Below, in pieces: positions 9,641-19,929 of a stretch of DNA of 64,000 bases (the first letter of the stretch is position 1; every line of letters starts with the position of its first letter). The position numbers and the translations under genes were made by a program. The stretch is from Vibrionaceae bacterium (GTDB lineage: Bacteria > Pseudomonadota > Gammaproteobacteria > Enterobacterales > Vibrionaceae). The notes under the pieces were generated by a model, which saw only the letters and a program-made list of their open reading frames with translations, was not told the DNA's origin and made no database searches. The DNA lies in assembly GCA_018222805.1 (NCBI GenBank), contig JAAEZQ010000002.1, positions 288,415-352,414 of the forward strand, in the 5' to 3' direction.

Positions 9641-12116
9641 GTTTACGCACACCAAGCTCGCACTTTACTTGTTTGCCGCTCATTATCGGCAGGCGCCACT
9701 GCAAGCCGCCGCAATTCTGATTGGTATCGTGCTAGCCGTGACACTCTTTGTCGCGGTGCAGGCCATCAACCTCAATGCTAAGCACAGCTATGCTGAATCG
9801 ACCGAGCAGCTTAGCGCACAAGCACAAAACCTGATTATTCCACCAACTGGGCAGCGCTATTTATCCGAATCGCTCTACTTCTCACTAAGGCAAAAAGGAT
9901 TAAGTGCCTCACTGCCAGTGATTGAAGGCCGAGTTAGGGATACACAAGGTCGTCGGTGGTCGGTACAAGGAAGTGATCTCATTGCGGCGATCACCTCTGG
10001 AACTCGCTATTCCTCCGTTTCTAGTTACGAACAAGATATTTCCCTATTTGACAACGCACTGCCACTGCCTCGGCTATTGGCTGGCGAACCGATTGTGATG
10101 ATGAGTCAATCCCAACACCAAAGACTAGGTGCCTTGGATGTCATGACTCTGGATGACGTTAAAACCAACGTGGTTGTGCTGCCGGATGAATGGCAATTGG
10201 GAAGTCGAATGTTGATGGATATTGGCTTCGCCCAGCAATTACTCAATAAATCAGGACAACTGAGCTATATCGCTGTTTTCAGTACTGAAGGCAATGAACT
10301 CACTAAATGGCAAAGCCTAGTCGGAGAACAAGGACAATGGGTGGCCAACAGCCAAAGCACCGATCTTGGCTCGCTCACAGACAGCTTCCACCTTAATCTT
10401 ACTGCGATGAGTTTGTTGGCATTTTTAGTCGGTCTGTTTATCGCATATAACGGCGTGAAGTACAGCTTACTCAAACGTAATCGACTGTTAGTACAAATGC
10501 AGCAAGCTGGGATCGCACCGATAAACGTGTTCTCTGCACTGTTAGTTGAATTGACGATTCTGGTGATGTTTGGCGCTTCACTTGGGTTCGTCCTCGGTAT
10601 GCAATTAAGCCATTGGTTACATCCAACCGTTGCCCTGACGCTTGAGCAACTCTATGGCGCAACTCTACTCCCCGGCATCTGGCAGTGGCAATGGTGGGCT
10701 CAGGCTCTGTTGCTGACTTTAGCTACGACTTTGCTCGCTTGCTGGCAGCACTTTAAACAGCGAGTCCATCAGCCACTTTCATCTCATGGTGGTCTTTATC
10801 AAGCACCAGAAACGTCCAACCAGAATCAACTGTTCATTATCGGCATAGTGCTCACCGTGCTATCTCTGGCAGGGTTATGGCTGAGTGAGCATCATCGCTT
10901 CACCATGGCATGGCTTGGTGTGTTAGTGGTTTCAATCCCTTTGTATTTACCGAAAACGCTCAGCGTATTAGCCCATTGGGGCGAACAGCGAACCACATCT
11001 GGTTTAGTACAATATCTTTTTGCTGAACTGCGTGAGCTGATTTCTCCACTCTCCCTTGCCATGATGGCGTTGCTGCTCGCCGTGACCGCCAATATCGGTA
11101 TGAACAATTTGGTCGGCAGCTTTGAATCCACCTTAAAGCAATGGCTCGGGCAAAGGCTACATGCGGATATTTACGTAAGCCCATCACAAGGTGAAATTGC
11201 GAATGTTGAGCATGCGCTGGAACAGTTCGACAACGTCGAGAAGGTTTATAAGCAGTATTATGTCGATGATAACCTCCAGGGATTACCTATCCAGCTTGGA
11301 ACCAAAGACAAAGACACTTTAGAACAAACCATGGTGTTCAAATCTCGTGTTGCTGAGTTCTGGCCGCGCTTCTACCATGGAGAGTTGGTTGCGATCAGTG
11401 AACCAACCGCCGTAAAACTTGGTTTATCCCTTGGCAGTAAACTGAAACTCGACGCGCTGCAAGACAAGACTCTGATCGTCGGCGCCATTTTCTACGACTA
11501 CGGCGCACCCAATGGTGAAGTATTACTCGCGCCGATATTGTGGCGAGAGAGCAGTTTTACTGACTTGCCAACTAGCCTTGGAATCAAAGTCTCTGGCGAC
11601 AAAAAAACCATGTACGAGCAACTGCAACAGCAACTTAATCTGCATCCAAGTCAGCTCTACGATCAGGCACATATCAAATCGATCGCATTAGATATCTTTT
11701 CACAAACCTTTGCTATCACACGTGCACTCAATGGCGTGACCTTAATGGTGGCTGCGATTGGATTGTTCAGCGCTTGCTTTATGTTGCTTGATGCGCGCAA
11801 AGCCGCCATTGCACGCTTGTATGCACTTGGCGTGAGTCGCCGAAAGTTAATGACTATGGTGGTTGGGCAAATCGTCGCGTTGGTCAGTTTCACTCTGGTT
11901 ATCGCTTTACCACTTGGCGCGATGGTCGGCTATTTACTCACTGACATCGTCACCTTACGCGCTTTCGGCTGGAGCCTGAACTACCTATGGAATTGGAGTG
12001 ATGCACTCAGTATCTGCGCCATCACTATTTTGGTCGCGGTGATTGCTACCTTAATCCCACTATGGCGCTTGGTGAGCAAACCTGTGGTATCCAGCTTACA
12101 GAGTGAGGTACTGTGA
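9627..12116 (+). CDS. Large ABC permease with two FtsX-type domains (YbbP/AttF-AttG-like)
   Basis: About 830 aa with two blocks of 4 TM segments separated by large periplasmic regions. The ATG at 9627 overlaps the ATPase stop by 14 nt. The track ORF begins at 9585. Confidence 0.75.
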   Translation: MKQTRFTHTKLALYLFAAHYRQAPLQAAAILIGIVLAVTLFVAVQAINLNAKHSYAESTEQLSAQAQNLIIPPTGQRYLSESLYFSLRQKGLSASLPVIEGRVRDTQGRRWSVQGSDLIAAITSGTRYSSVSSYEQDISLFDNALPLPRLLAGEPIVMMSQSQHQRLGALDVMTLDDVKTNVVVLPDEWQLGSRMLMDIGFAQQLLNKSGQLSYIAVFSTEGNELTKWQSLVGEQGQWVANSQSTDLGSLTDSFHLNLTAMSLLAFLVGLFIAYNGVKYSLLKRNRLLVQMQQAGIAPINVFSALLVELTILVMFGASLGFVLGMQLSHWLHPTVALTLEQLYGATLLPGIWQWQWWAQALLLTLATTLLACWQHFKQRVHQPLSSHGGLYQAPETSNQNQLFIIGIVLTVLSLAGLWLSEHHRFTMAWLGVLVVSIPLYLPKTLSVLAHWGEQRTTSGLVQYLFAELRELISPLSLAMMALLLAVTANIGMNNLVGSFESTLKQWLGQRLHADIYVSPSQGEIANVEHALEQFDNVEKVYKQYYVDDNLQGLPIQLGTKDKDTLEQTMVFKSRVAEFWPRFYHGELVAISEPTAVKLGLSLGSKLKLDALQDKTLIVGAIFYDYGAPNGEVLLAPILWRESSFTDLPTSLGIKVSGDKKTMYEQLQQQLNLHPSQLYDQAHIKSIALDIFSQTFAITRALNGVTLMVAAIGLFSACFMLLDARKAAIARLYALGVSRRKLMTMVVGQIVALVSFTLVIALPLGAMVGYLLTDIVTLRAFGWSLNYLWNWSDALSICAITILVAVIATLIPLWRLVSKPVVSSLQSEVL

Positions 12117-13225
12117 TGAATCGAATCGTAAAACATGTCGCACTAGCTCTTGGTTGCTTATCTCTTATCGGCTGTGAAGAATCAAAGCCAAAAAATGTAG
12201 GGGCGTTATTAGGGGGAAATGAAGCACCTGTTGAGGCAGAGCCATTCACTCCCGTGGTGAAAGGCGTTGAGATCACCTTCCCTACCGATCATCAAGCGCA
12301 CCTCGATTTTCGTCATGAATGGTGGTACCTAACGGCAAACTTAACCGACGAAAGGGGCAATCCACTCGGAGTGCAATGGACACAGTTTCGTTTCGCTGCT
12401 GTACCACAGAAGCACGAACCAGCGGAAAAAAGAGCCGTATGGCAAAGCCATCAAATCTTCATGGCGCACAGCGCTATCACCACCAAAAACAAACATTACG
12501 CCGATGAAAAATGGTCACGGGATCACAGCGAGCTTGCCGGAGTGGACGCCTCACCATTTCGTGTTTATCTTGACGATTGGCAATGGAAATCGTCAACCAA
12601 TGACTTGTTTCCCGCGACATTAAAGACCAATTCCAAGCAATTTGGTTACTCACTCACACTAACCAGCAATGCACCCTATCAAAAACAAGGCGAGCAAGGA
12701 TACAGCACAAAAAGTGCCGATGCTCAGGCCGCATCGTATTACTACAGTCAGCCCTTTATTGATGTAGAGGGAGAAGTCACCATTGATGGCGAAACTCACC
12801 AAGTGTCGGGTAAAGGTTGGATCGACAGAGAGTGGAGCTCAAAGTTCTTACTCGAATCACAGCAAGGTTGGGATTGGTTTGCGCTAAGGCTGACTGATGA
12901 AACGAGCTTGGTCATATTCCAACTTCGCGATTCAAAGACTGGAAAAACCAATTACTCACATGCGAATCTGATGAACCAAGATGGTAGCGGAACCGCTATT
13001 CAACAACACGATATCCGCTTAGAGGCGACCAAACAAACGACAATTCAAGGCCGAGATTATCCGACCGAATGGCAGCTTTCGATCCCTAGCCAGCAAGTTG
13101 AACTTACAATTTCTGCACTCAATCCAAAAGCACAAATGCCGCTGTCTGTAACCTATTGGGAAGGTCCGGTGACTATTGACGGGTCTCATTCAGGGACAGG
13201 CTATATGGAGCTTACAGGTTATTGA
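12116..13225 (+). CDS. Lipoprotein with AttH / CrtC-like (hydroxyneurosporene synthase-like, lipocalin) domain
   Basis: Lipobox LSLIGC. The EWWYLTANL...GVQWTQFR motif is typical of AttH-like proteins. The start overlaps the permease stop (TGATG). Confidence 0.65.
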   Translation: MNRIVKHVALALGCLSLIGCEESKPKNVGALLGGNEAPVEAEPFTPVVKGVEITFPTDHQAHLDFRHEWWYLTANLTDERGNPLGVQWTQFRFAAVPQKHEPAEKRAVWQSHQIFMAHSAITTKNKHYADEKWSRDHSELAGVDASPFRVYLDDWQWKSSTNDLFPATLKTNSKQFGYSLTLTSNAPYQKQGEQGYSTKSADAQAASYYYSQPFIDVEGEVTIDGETHQVSGKGWIDREWSSKFLLESQQGWDWFALRLTDETSLVIFQLRDSKTGKTNYSHANLMNQDGSGTAIQQHDIRLEATKQTTIQGRDYPTEWQLSIPSQQVELTISALNPKAQMPLSVTYWEGPVTIDGSHSGTGYMELTGY

Positions 13226-13390
13226 ACATGTTAGTGTGAGCTTCACTTACCATTGTGGATTGTCTCCTGTGGTTGAACAGCAATGTCTTTATTGAAACTA
13301 ACGACTGCGACGCATTTACCCAATAACAGCCTTGAAAGCCTGCCTTGTTACGATACGCTTTGAGCAAATCAAGCAAGGAAAAATCCACCA

Positions 13391-14290
13391 ATGCGTGTCG
13401 ATTATCATAAACGACTCGTTCCTGTTATTCGTTATCTGGAACAGCACTTTAACGAACCACTCAACCTGCTAGAAGTAGCAGCGTTAGCGAACCTGTCTCC
13501 CTACCATTTTCATCGAACTTTCAAGGCCGTGCAGGGCGAGACCCTAGCCGATTTCATCCGACGCTTAAGACTAGAAGCCGCAGCAGATGACCTGTTCAAA
13601 TCCAAACAACCAGTACTCAACATAGCTTTAGAGTACAGTTTTTCTAGCTCACAAAGCTTAGCCAAAGCGTTCAAACAACATTATGGGGTGACGCCGACGG
13701 CCTTTCGCGATTGCAAAAACTACCAACAGTTTTCTGAGTTAACGCGAAACAGCAAGATTGGACACACATTGCGCAAGAATGGAAACGAAGAAATTCCCAG
13801 CGATTCATATACTGGCTCTGAATTCACAACATGGAGCATTATTATGGAAACGCAACACTTTGACCCCACCAAACTGGCGTACATTCGTGTGAATGGCCCT
13901 TACGGCGAAGGCTATGAAGATCCATCAAGTCGCCTATATCAATGGGCAGGCATGAAAGGTTTAGCGGGCAATACCTGCATCTTCATTTATCACGATAACC
14001 CAGAAATCACACCGAACGAGAAATGTCGAACTGACATCTGTTTGATGGTGCCCGAAGACACAGAAGTCCCTAGTGGCATTGAGCTGCAAGACTTTCCCGG
14101 TGGCCAATACGCGAGCATGCGTCAGCGCATCACGGAGAACAGTCAATACGCAAAAGCTTGGGATGATTTGATGAGTAAAGTGATCGAGTCTGGCATTGAA
14201 AACGATGATCGTCCTTGCTTCGAGCTTTACCATAGCTTTGACCCACAAACTCACCAAGCAGACGTCAGTTTCTGCACAGCCATCAAATAA
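13391..14290 (+). CDS. AraC-family transcriptional regulator with C-terminal GyrI-like effector domain
   Basis: N-terminal AraC HTH (LSPYHFHRTFK..., GVTPTAFR) followed by a ~150-aa GyrI/Rob-like C-terminal domain. Confidence 0.75.
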   Translation: MRVDYHKRLVPVIRYLEQHFNEPLNLLEVAALANLSPYHFHRTFKAVQGETLADFIRRLRLEAAADDLFKSKQPVLNIALEYSFSSSQSLAKAFKQHYGVTPTAFRDCKNYQQFSELTRNSKIGHTLRKNGNEEIPSDSYTGSEFTTWSIIMETQHFDPTKLAYIRVNGPYGEGYEDPSSRLYQWAGMKGLAGNTCIFIYHDNPEITPNEKCRTDICLMVPEDTEVPSGIELQDFPGGQYASMRQRITENSQYAKAWDDLMSKVIESGIENDDRPCFELYHSFDPQTHQADVSFCTAIK

Positions 14291-14292
14291 CC

Positions 14293-14321
14293 GAAAAGCC
14301 TGCGATTATGCAGGCTTTTTC
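14293..14321. terminator. Bidirectional terminator between the AraC/GyrI gene and ohr
   Basis: AAAAGCCTGC-gattat-GCAGGCTTTTT, with A-run and T-run flanks. Confidence 0.7.
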
Positions 14322-14346
14322 TATCTGATTAAGCATTCCAACTCAA

Positions 14347-14769
14347 TTAAATTGCTTCACCGTTTACCGTGACTACAACGTCGATATTACCGCGTACCGC
14401 ATTTGAGTAAGGGCAAACTTGATGCGAAGTACGAGTCAGCTCAAGCGCTTGTTCTTGAGGTAAATCCAGTTCTACTGCCAAACTCACTGTCAAAGCAAAG
14501 CCGCCGTTGCCGTTCTGGCCAATACCGACTTCTGCGGTTACTGGTGCGTGTTTCAGATTTACTTTAGCTTCACGTGCTACGTGTAAAATGGCATTAGAAA
14601 AACACGCCGAGTAACCCGCAGCAAACAGTTGCTCAGGATTGGTTGCCGCTCCGGTGCCACCCATTTCTTTCGGGTACGCTAAGTCGAGAGACAATAGACC
14701 ATCATCAGTTTTCACTTGGCCATTTCGACCAGCAAGAGCTGTTGCTTGAGTTTTGTACAGCGTTTTCAT
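14347..14769 (-). CDS. ohr: Organic hydroperoxide resistance protein (OsmC/Ohr family)
   Basis: 140 aa with the two conserved Cys (ACFSNA ... VCPYSNA). Divergent from a MarR/OhrR gene. The likely start is the ATG at 14769. Confidence 0.85.
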   Translation of the reverse strand: MKTLYKTQATALAGRNGQVKTDDGLLSLDLAYPKEMGGTGAATNPEQLFAAGYSACFSNAILHVAREAKVNLKHAPVTAEVGIGQNGNGGFALTVSLAVELDLPQEQALELTRTSHQVCPYSNAVRGNIDVVVTVNGEAI

Positions 14770-14798
14770 AAAAAGATCCTCTTTCAATTTAAGTTGTG

Positions 14799-14863
14799 TA
14801 CAATTTAATTGTAGGCAATCTTATATCGAAACAAAGATAACTTGCAACTATATTGTGCACAAT
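14799..14863. promoter_or_regulatory. ohr-ohrR divergent promoter region with two OhrR-operator-like palindromes
   Basis: TACAATTTAATTGTA (14799-14813) matches the TACAATT-AATTGTA OhrR operator type. A second palindrome, ATTGTGCACAAT, lies at 14852-14863. Confidence 0.6.
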
Positions 14864-14904
14864 TTATTTTTATAACCTCCTTAGTGAACAGATAGGCCGA
14901 GTCC

Positions 14905-15363
14905 ATGAGTCAGTGCTACAAAGAAACCCCGTTGAATGATGAAGAAAAAATCTTGCTAGAGAATCAAGTTTGCTTCCCACTCTATAGTGCCGCTAATGCC
15001 GTGATTCGTGCTTATCGCCCCTTACTGGATAAACTGGACCTTACCTACTCTCAGTATCTGGTTATGATGGTTCTGTGGGAAAAAGACGGGGCTAGTGTAA
15101 AAGAGTTAGGCTCACGCCTTCATCTGGATTCAGGCACACTGACGCCTCTGTTAAAGCGACTAGAAGTAAAAGGGTTTGTGACCCGAGGTCGAAGTGAGAT
15201 GGATGAACGTGTAAGAGTGTTGAACCTTACCGAAGCAGGCAGTGCACTCAAAGATCAGGCCAAATCAGTACCCGATGCCATCGCCTGTAAGTTCACGTTG
15301 GATTTGGAAGAGTTGGTTACGCTAAAAACGCTGTGCGAAAAAGTGCTCAATACGTTGAGTTAA
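14905..15363 (+). CDS. ohrR: MarR-family organic peroxide sensor/repressor OhrR
   Basis: 152 aa. N-terminal Cys in the context QVCFPLYSA is typical of OhrR. Winged-HTH core. Divergent from ohr. Confidence 0.8.
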   Translation: MSQCYKETPLNDEEKILLENQVCFPLYSAANAVIRAYRPLLDKLDLTYSQYLVMMVLWEKDGASVKELGSRLHLDSGTLTPLLKRLEVKGFVTRGRSEMDERVRVLNLTEAGSALKDQAKSVPDAIACKFTLDLEELVTLKTLCEKVLNTLS

Positions 15364-15487
15364 CTGCCGCGCCCTTTTTCACACTTACCTCAGTGAATGA
15401 AGCCTGCGATTGCGGGCTTTGTTGTTATCATCACCGCAGCCGTCCTTCAAAAAAACCTATCAACTTCTCGCGTCTTTAATCGGTATT

Positions 15488-15530
15488 CCCTATTAACGAA
15501 AATAGGATTTGTCTATCAATAGGATAGCTA
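15488..15530. promoter_or_regulatory. Candidate OxyR-binding region upstream of ahpC
   Basis: CTATtaacgaaaATAGgatttgtCTATcaATAGgATAGCTA contains repeated ATAG-N7-CTAT elements like the OxyR consensus, about 100 nt upstream of ahpC. Confidence 0.45.
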
Positions 15531-15621
15531 CAAGCGATTTTATTTAGCCTACGCTAGATGACAATATACTTTCCGACAGCAAAATTTGCTCATCCAAAAC
15601 AACTGAAAGGAAAGTAAAGAA

Positions 15622-16179
15622 ATGATCAACACCAAAATCAAACCATTTAGCGCAACTGCATTCAAACAAGGCGAATTCGTTGAAGTAACAGAACAGGACG
15701 TTCTAGGTAAATGGGCTGTATTCTTCTTCTACCCTGCTGACTTTACATTCGTATGTCCTACAGAGCTTGGTGACCTAGCAGACCACTACGAAGAGCTACA
15801 AAAGCGCGGTGTTGAAGTGTACTCAGTATCAACTGACACTCATTTCACTCACAAAGCATGGCACGATAGCTCTGAGACTATCGGCAAAATCAACTACTAC
15901 ATGCTTGGTGACCAAACTGGCAACATTACAAACAACTTCGGTGTAATGCGTGAAGGTCAAGGTCTTGCAGACCGCGCGACTTTCCTAATTGACCCAGAAG
16001 GTACTATCCAGGCAATGGAAATCACTGCAGAAGGCATCGGCCGTGACGCAGAAGACCTACTACGCAAAGTGAAAGCGGCTCAGTACGTAGCCGCTCACCC
16101 AGGCGAAGTTTGCCCAGCTAAATGGAAAGAAGGCGAAGAGACGCTAGCTCCTTCTCTAGACCTAGTAGGCAAAATCTAA
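15622..16179 (+). CDS. ahpC: Alkyl hydroperoxide reductase subunit C (typical 2-Cys peroxiredoxin)
   Basis: 185 aa with FTFVCPTE (peroxidatic Cys) and EVCPAKW (resolving Cys). Confidence 0.95.
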   Translation: MINTKIKPFSATAFKQGEFVEVTEQDVLGKWAVFFFYPADFTFVCPTELGDLADHYEELQKRGVEVYSVSTDTHFTHKAWHDSSETIGKINYYMLGDQTGNITNNFGVMREGQGLADRATFLIDPEGTIQAMEITAEGIGRDAEDLLRKVKAAQYVAAHPGEVCPAKWKEGEETLAPSLDLVGKI

Positions 16180-16325
16180 TCCAAGATTAGCCAACACGGT
16201 TCACTGACAGAACCATAACCCAATTAAGAGAGCATTCTAGGTCTGATACCTTGACGACCTTCAGCCTAGTTTGCTCTCTCCTCCATTGTTTTTATCCAGC
16301 ATAATCATTAAAAGGTATGTAACCC

Positions 16326-17894
16326 ATGCTAGACCAAGCTATTCAACAACAACTAAAACAATATCTAGCCAACGTAAAAGAAGATGTTCGTCTAGTGGTT
16401 AGCCTAGATGAAAGCAAAGCGTCACATGACATCCTATCGCTTGCCAACCAAATTGCAGAGCTGAGTGACTTTATCACCGTGGTTCGTGACGACTCAGCAA
16501 GTGAGCGCAAGCCGGTAATGACGGTGTCTAATCCGAGCAAGAGTACAGCACTTAGATTTGCTGGCCTGCCAATGGGACACGAGTTTACTTCGTTGGTTCT
16601 TGCGCTGCTCCACTCAGGCGGTCACCCAATCAAGCTTGAGCCAGAAGTTATCGAGCAGATCGCAACACTAGACAAAGAGCTAGAGGTAGAAGTCTTTATT
16701 TCTCTGTCGTGTCAGAACTGTCCTGACGTTGTTCAAGCCTTCAACATGATGGCGGCGATCAACCCGAAAATTAAAGCGACCATGATCGACGGTGCACTGT
16801 TCCAAGACGAAGTGAAACAGCGCGATATCATGGCAGTACCAAGTGTATTCGTTAACGGTGAGCTGTTCGGCCAAGGCCGCATGACTCTTACAGAAATTCT
16901 GAACAAAGTCGACGACAGCGCGAGCGAGAAAGTAGCAAAAGCACTAGATGAAAAAGAACCTTACGACGTTCTTGTTGTAGGTGGTGGCCCTGGTGGTAGT
17001 GCAGCCGCTCTGTACGCGGCTCGTAAAGGTATTCGCACGGGCGTTGTTGCTAAACGTTTTGGTGGTCAGGTTATGGACACCATGGCGATCGAAAACTTTG
17101 TTTCAGTTAAACGAACTGAAGGCCCTAAGATGGCTGCCGATCTTGGCGAGCACTTGAAAGAGTACGATGTAGATGTTGTGACTGAGCAACAAGCGAAGAA
17201 GTTAATGGGCGCAGCGCATACTGAAGATGGCCTCATCCACATTCAGTTAGAAAGCGGTGCAACACTAAAGAGTCAGAGTGTCATTCTGAGCCCAGGCGCA
17301 CGCTGGCGTGAAATGAACGTTCCGGGTGAACAGGAATATCGCAACAAAGGCGTGGCGTACTGCCCTCACTGTGACGGTCCGTTATTTAAAGGCAAAAAAA
17401 CCGCCGTTATCGGTGGTGGTAACTCAGGTATCGAAGCAGCGATCGACCTCGCTGGTATCGTGGAGCACGTAACGGTACTTGAATTTGCTGACGTACTGCG
17501 CGCAGACCAAGTTCTGATCAACAAAGCAAACTCGCTACCAAACATCGACATCATTACCATGGCGCAAACCACAGAAGTTGTGGGCGATGGCAAACGCGTA
17601 ACGGGTCTGAAATACAAAGACCGCAATACTGATGACATCAAAGAGCTGGAACTGTCAGGTATCTTTGTTCAGATTGGTTTGGTACCAAACACTGAGTGGC
17701 TAAAAGATTCAGAAGTGAACTTATCACCACGTGGCGAGATTGAAGTAGGCAGCCACGGTGAAACCAGCCTTGAAGGTGTGTTTGCAGCGGGTGACGCGAC
17801 AACGGTTCCTTACAAACAGATCATCATTGCGATGGGTGAAGGAGCAAAAGCAAGCTTAGGCGCGTTCGATTACCTCATCCGTAAGCAAGGTTAA
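16326..17894 (+). CDS. ahpF: Alkyl hydroperoxide reductase subunit F
   Basis: 522 aa with N-terminal CQNC thioredoxin-like motif, GGGPGG FAD motif and CPHCDG redox centre. Confidence 0.95.
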   Translation: MLDQAIQQQLKQYLANVKEDVRLVVSLDESKASHDILSLANQIAELSDFITVVRDDSASERKPVMTVSNPSKSTALRFAGLPMGHEFTSLVLALLHSGGHPIKLEPEVIEQIATLDKELEVEVFISLSCQNCPDVVQAFNMMAAINPKIKATMIDGALFQDEVKQRDIMAVPSVFVNGELFGQGRMTLTEILNKVDDSASEKVAKALDEKEPYDVLVVGGGPGGSAAALYAARKGIRTGVVAKRFGGQVMDTMAIENFVSVKRTEGPKMAADLGEHLKEYDVDVVTEQQAKKLMGAAHTEDGLIHIQLESGATLKSQSVILSPGARWREMNVPGEQEYRNKGVAYCPHCDGPLFKGKKTAVIGGGNSGIEAAIDLAGIVEHVTVLEFADVLRADQVLINKANSLPNIDIITMAQTTEVVGDGKRVTGLKYKDRNTDDIKELELSGIFVQIGLVPNTEWLKDSEVNLSPRGEIEVGSHGETSLEGVFAAGDATTVPYKQIIIAMGEGAKASLGAFDYLIRKQG

Positions 17895-17943
17895 TCTCCA
17901 GAGCTTTTGGAATAATAAAAAACAAAAGAAGCCCAAAGATTTT

Positions 17944-17972
17944 GCCAGCAGACCTCTATCTGCTGGCATTTT
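17944..17972 (+). terminator. Terminator after ahpF
   Basis: GCCAGCAGA ... TCTGCTGGC stem followed by ATTTT. Confidence 0.65.
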
Positions 17973-18199
17973 CATTTACCATAGAAATTGTAAGTACTTA
18001 CATTAAAAATAGTCACAATCTTAACAACGCCTAAAAACATAACGTTGCCTTTGTGTTCTGTGTCTTAAAAACACGACTCATTGATAAAATATCAGTGTAA
18101 TCACCCTCAAAACAGCTCAAAACTCGACTCAAACTCAAACCGAATAAAGTCATTGCACTATACTGACCTAGACAGTCAGTAGCATATGGAAATTAATGT

Positions 18200-19771
18200 A
18201 TGAAAATCAAATCAATTGCAGCCATGATAGGGGCAGCATTGCCAGTGACGGCTCTAGCCGCAGACAAGCCAAACATAGTGGTCATTTTTGGTGATGATAT
18301 TGGTTGGCAAAATGTCAGTGCGTATGGCATGGGGACGATGGGGTACAAAACACCGAACATTGACAGCATCGCCAACGAAGGCATCATGTTTACCGATCAC
18401 TACGCCCAGCCGAGTTCTACGGCGGGTCGTGCAGCATTTATTACCGGACAGTATCCAATTCGTTCAGGTATGACAACGGTAGCGATGCCTGGTGGCGCGC
18501 TGGGAATTAAAAAAGAATCACCATCTTTAGCCGAGGTGTTAAAAGAAGTGGGTTATGCTACGGGACAATTTGGTAAAAACCATCTCGGCGACCACAACTT
18601 TTCCTTACCAACTGTTCACGGCTTCGATGAGTTTTTCGGCAATTTGTATCACTTAAATACTCAAGAAGAGCACGAGCAGCGCGATTATATAAACTTCGCA
18701 AAAGAGTATTCCGGCTCAGTTGAAGAGTATACGAAGAAATTTGGTACTCGTGGTGTTCTTCATTGCTTTGCAACAGACACAGAAGATAAGACGGTTGATC
18801 CTAGATTTGGCGTGGTCGGTAAACAAAAATGCACCGACACAGGGCCTCTAGGTAATGAGCGTATGAAAGACTTTGACCGTGCGGAAATGATCCCAGCGGC
18901 GCTCAAGTTTATCGACAAGTCCATGAAAGACGACAAGCCATTCTTTACTTGGATCAACACCAGCCGCATGCACTTGTACACGCGTTTAAATGATAAGTGG
19001 CGTTACGCTGCCGAAAAATTTACCAGTGAATATGATTTTTATGGCAGCGGGATGCTACAGCATGATGCCGACATTGGCTATTTACTGGAAGAACTTGATA
19101 AAAGAGGCGTCACAGACAATACCATCATCATCTACTCCACCGATAATGGCCCAGAGCACTCATCTTGGCCGCATGGCGGTACAACACCGTTCCGTGGAGA
19201 AAAAATGACCACCTATGAAGGTGGGGTAAGAGTACCAACCATGGTCAAATGGCCTGGCGTTATTCCTTCAGGGCAAGTATTGAGCGGTATTCAAGGTCAT
19301 CAAGATCTCTTCACTACTTTAGCTTCAGCTGCTGGGGTTAAAGATGTGCACGAAAAAATGATAAAAGAGAAAAAACAGTATATCGACGGTATTGATAACT
19401 TAGCGTACTGGAAGGGGGAGTCAGACCATTCTGCCCGTAACTCCATCTTGTACTACTTTGAAAGCCAATTATCAGCGGTACGTGTCGGACCTTGGAAATT
19501 CCACTTCGCTATTGCAGAACATTACTACGACAACCTACTCCCTCTCGCTAAGCCTAAGCTCTATAACTTACGCGCGGATCCATTTGAGAGTTATGACTCG
19601 GTAGATGCGAACGGTCACTTAGTTCAGAAAATGTCATGGATGCTTGCGCCTGTAAGTGAAATGGTACAAGAGCATGTTCAAAGCTTAGTAGAATACCCGC
19701 CGACACAAGGTGGCTCTACATTTGATATGACAGAAATGATCAAAGAAGCGATGAGCTCGACGCAGCAATAA
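18200..19771 (+). CDS. Secreted arylsulfatase-family enzyme (Ser-type, S-x-A-x-R motif)
   Basis: Signal peptide. N-terminal metal-site pattern [11 protein letters not shown]. Formylglycine-motif position reads [12 protein letters not shown]. Also GKNHLGD. Confidence 0.8.
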   Translation: MKIKSIAAMIGAALPVTALAADKPNIVVIFGDDIGWQNVSAYGMGTMGYKTPNIDSIANEGIMFTDHYAQPSSTAGRAAFITGQYPIRSGMTTVAMPGGALGIKKESPSLAEVLKEVGYATGQFGKNHLGDHNFSLPTVHGFDEFFGNLYHLNTQEEHEQRDYINFAKEYSGSVEEYTKKFGTRGVLHCFATDTEDKTVDPRFGVVGKQKCTDTGPLGNERMKDFDRAEMIPAALKFIDKSMKDDKPFFTWINTSRMHLYTRLNDKWRYAAEKFTSEYDFYGSGMLQHDADIGYLLEELDKRGVTDNTIIIYSTDNGPEHSSWPHGGTTPFRGEKMTTYEGGVRVPTMVKWPGVIPSGQVLSGIQGHQDLFTTLASAAGVKDVHEKMIKEKKQYIDGIDNLAYWKGESDHSARNSILYYFESQLSAVRVGPWKFHFAIAEHYYDNLLPLAKPKLYNLRADPFESYDSVDANGHLVQKMSWMLAPVSEMVQEHVQSLVEYPPTQGGSTFDMTEMIKEAMSSTQQ

Positions 19772-19790
19772 GAGATATCTTGGCAATTTT

Positions 19791-19825
19791 AAAGGGTGAA
19801 CTGAATACAGTTCGCCCTTTTTTTG
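19791..19825 (+). terminator. Terminator after the sulfatase gene
   Basis: AAAGGGTGAAC ... GTTCGCCCTTT stem followed by TTTTT. Confidence 0.65.
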
Positions 19826-19929
19826 CCAAGTAGACACGGCTGGATAATCATTTACGCCAGATAGAAACAGTTTCGCCAACCCTAAAAAGGATTGGCGAAA
19901 ACGTTTAGAACTAAAAAGTTAGTGAGGAC

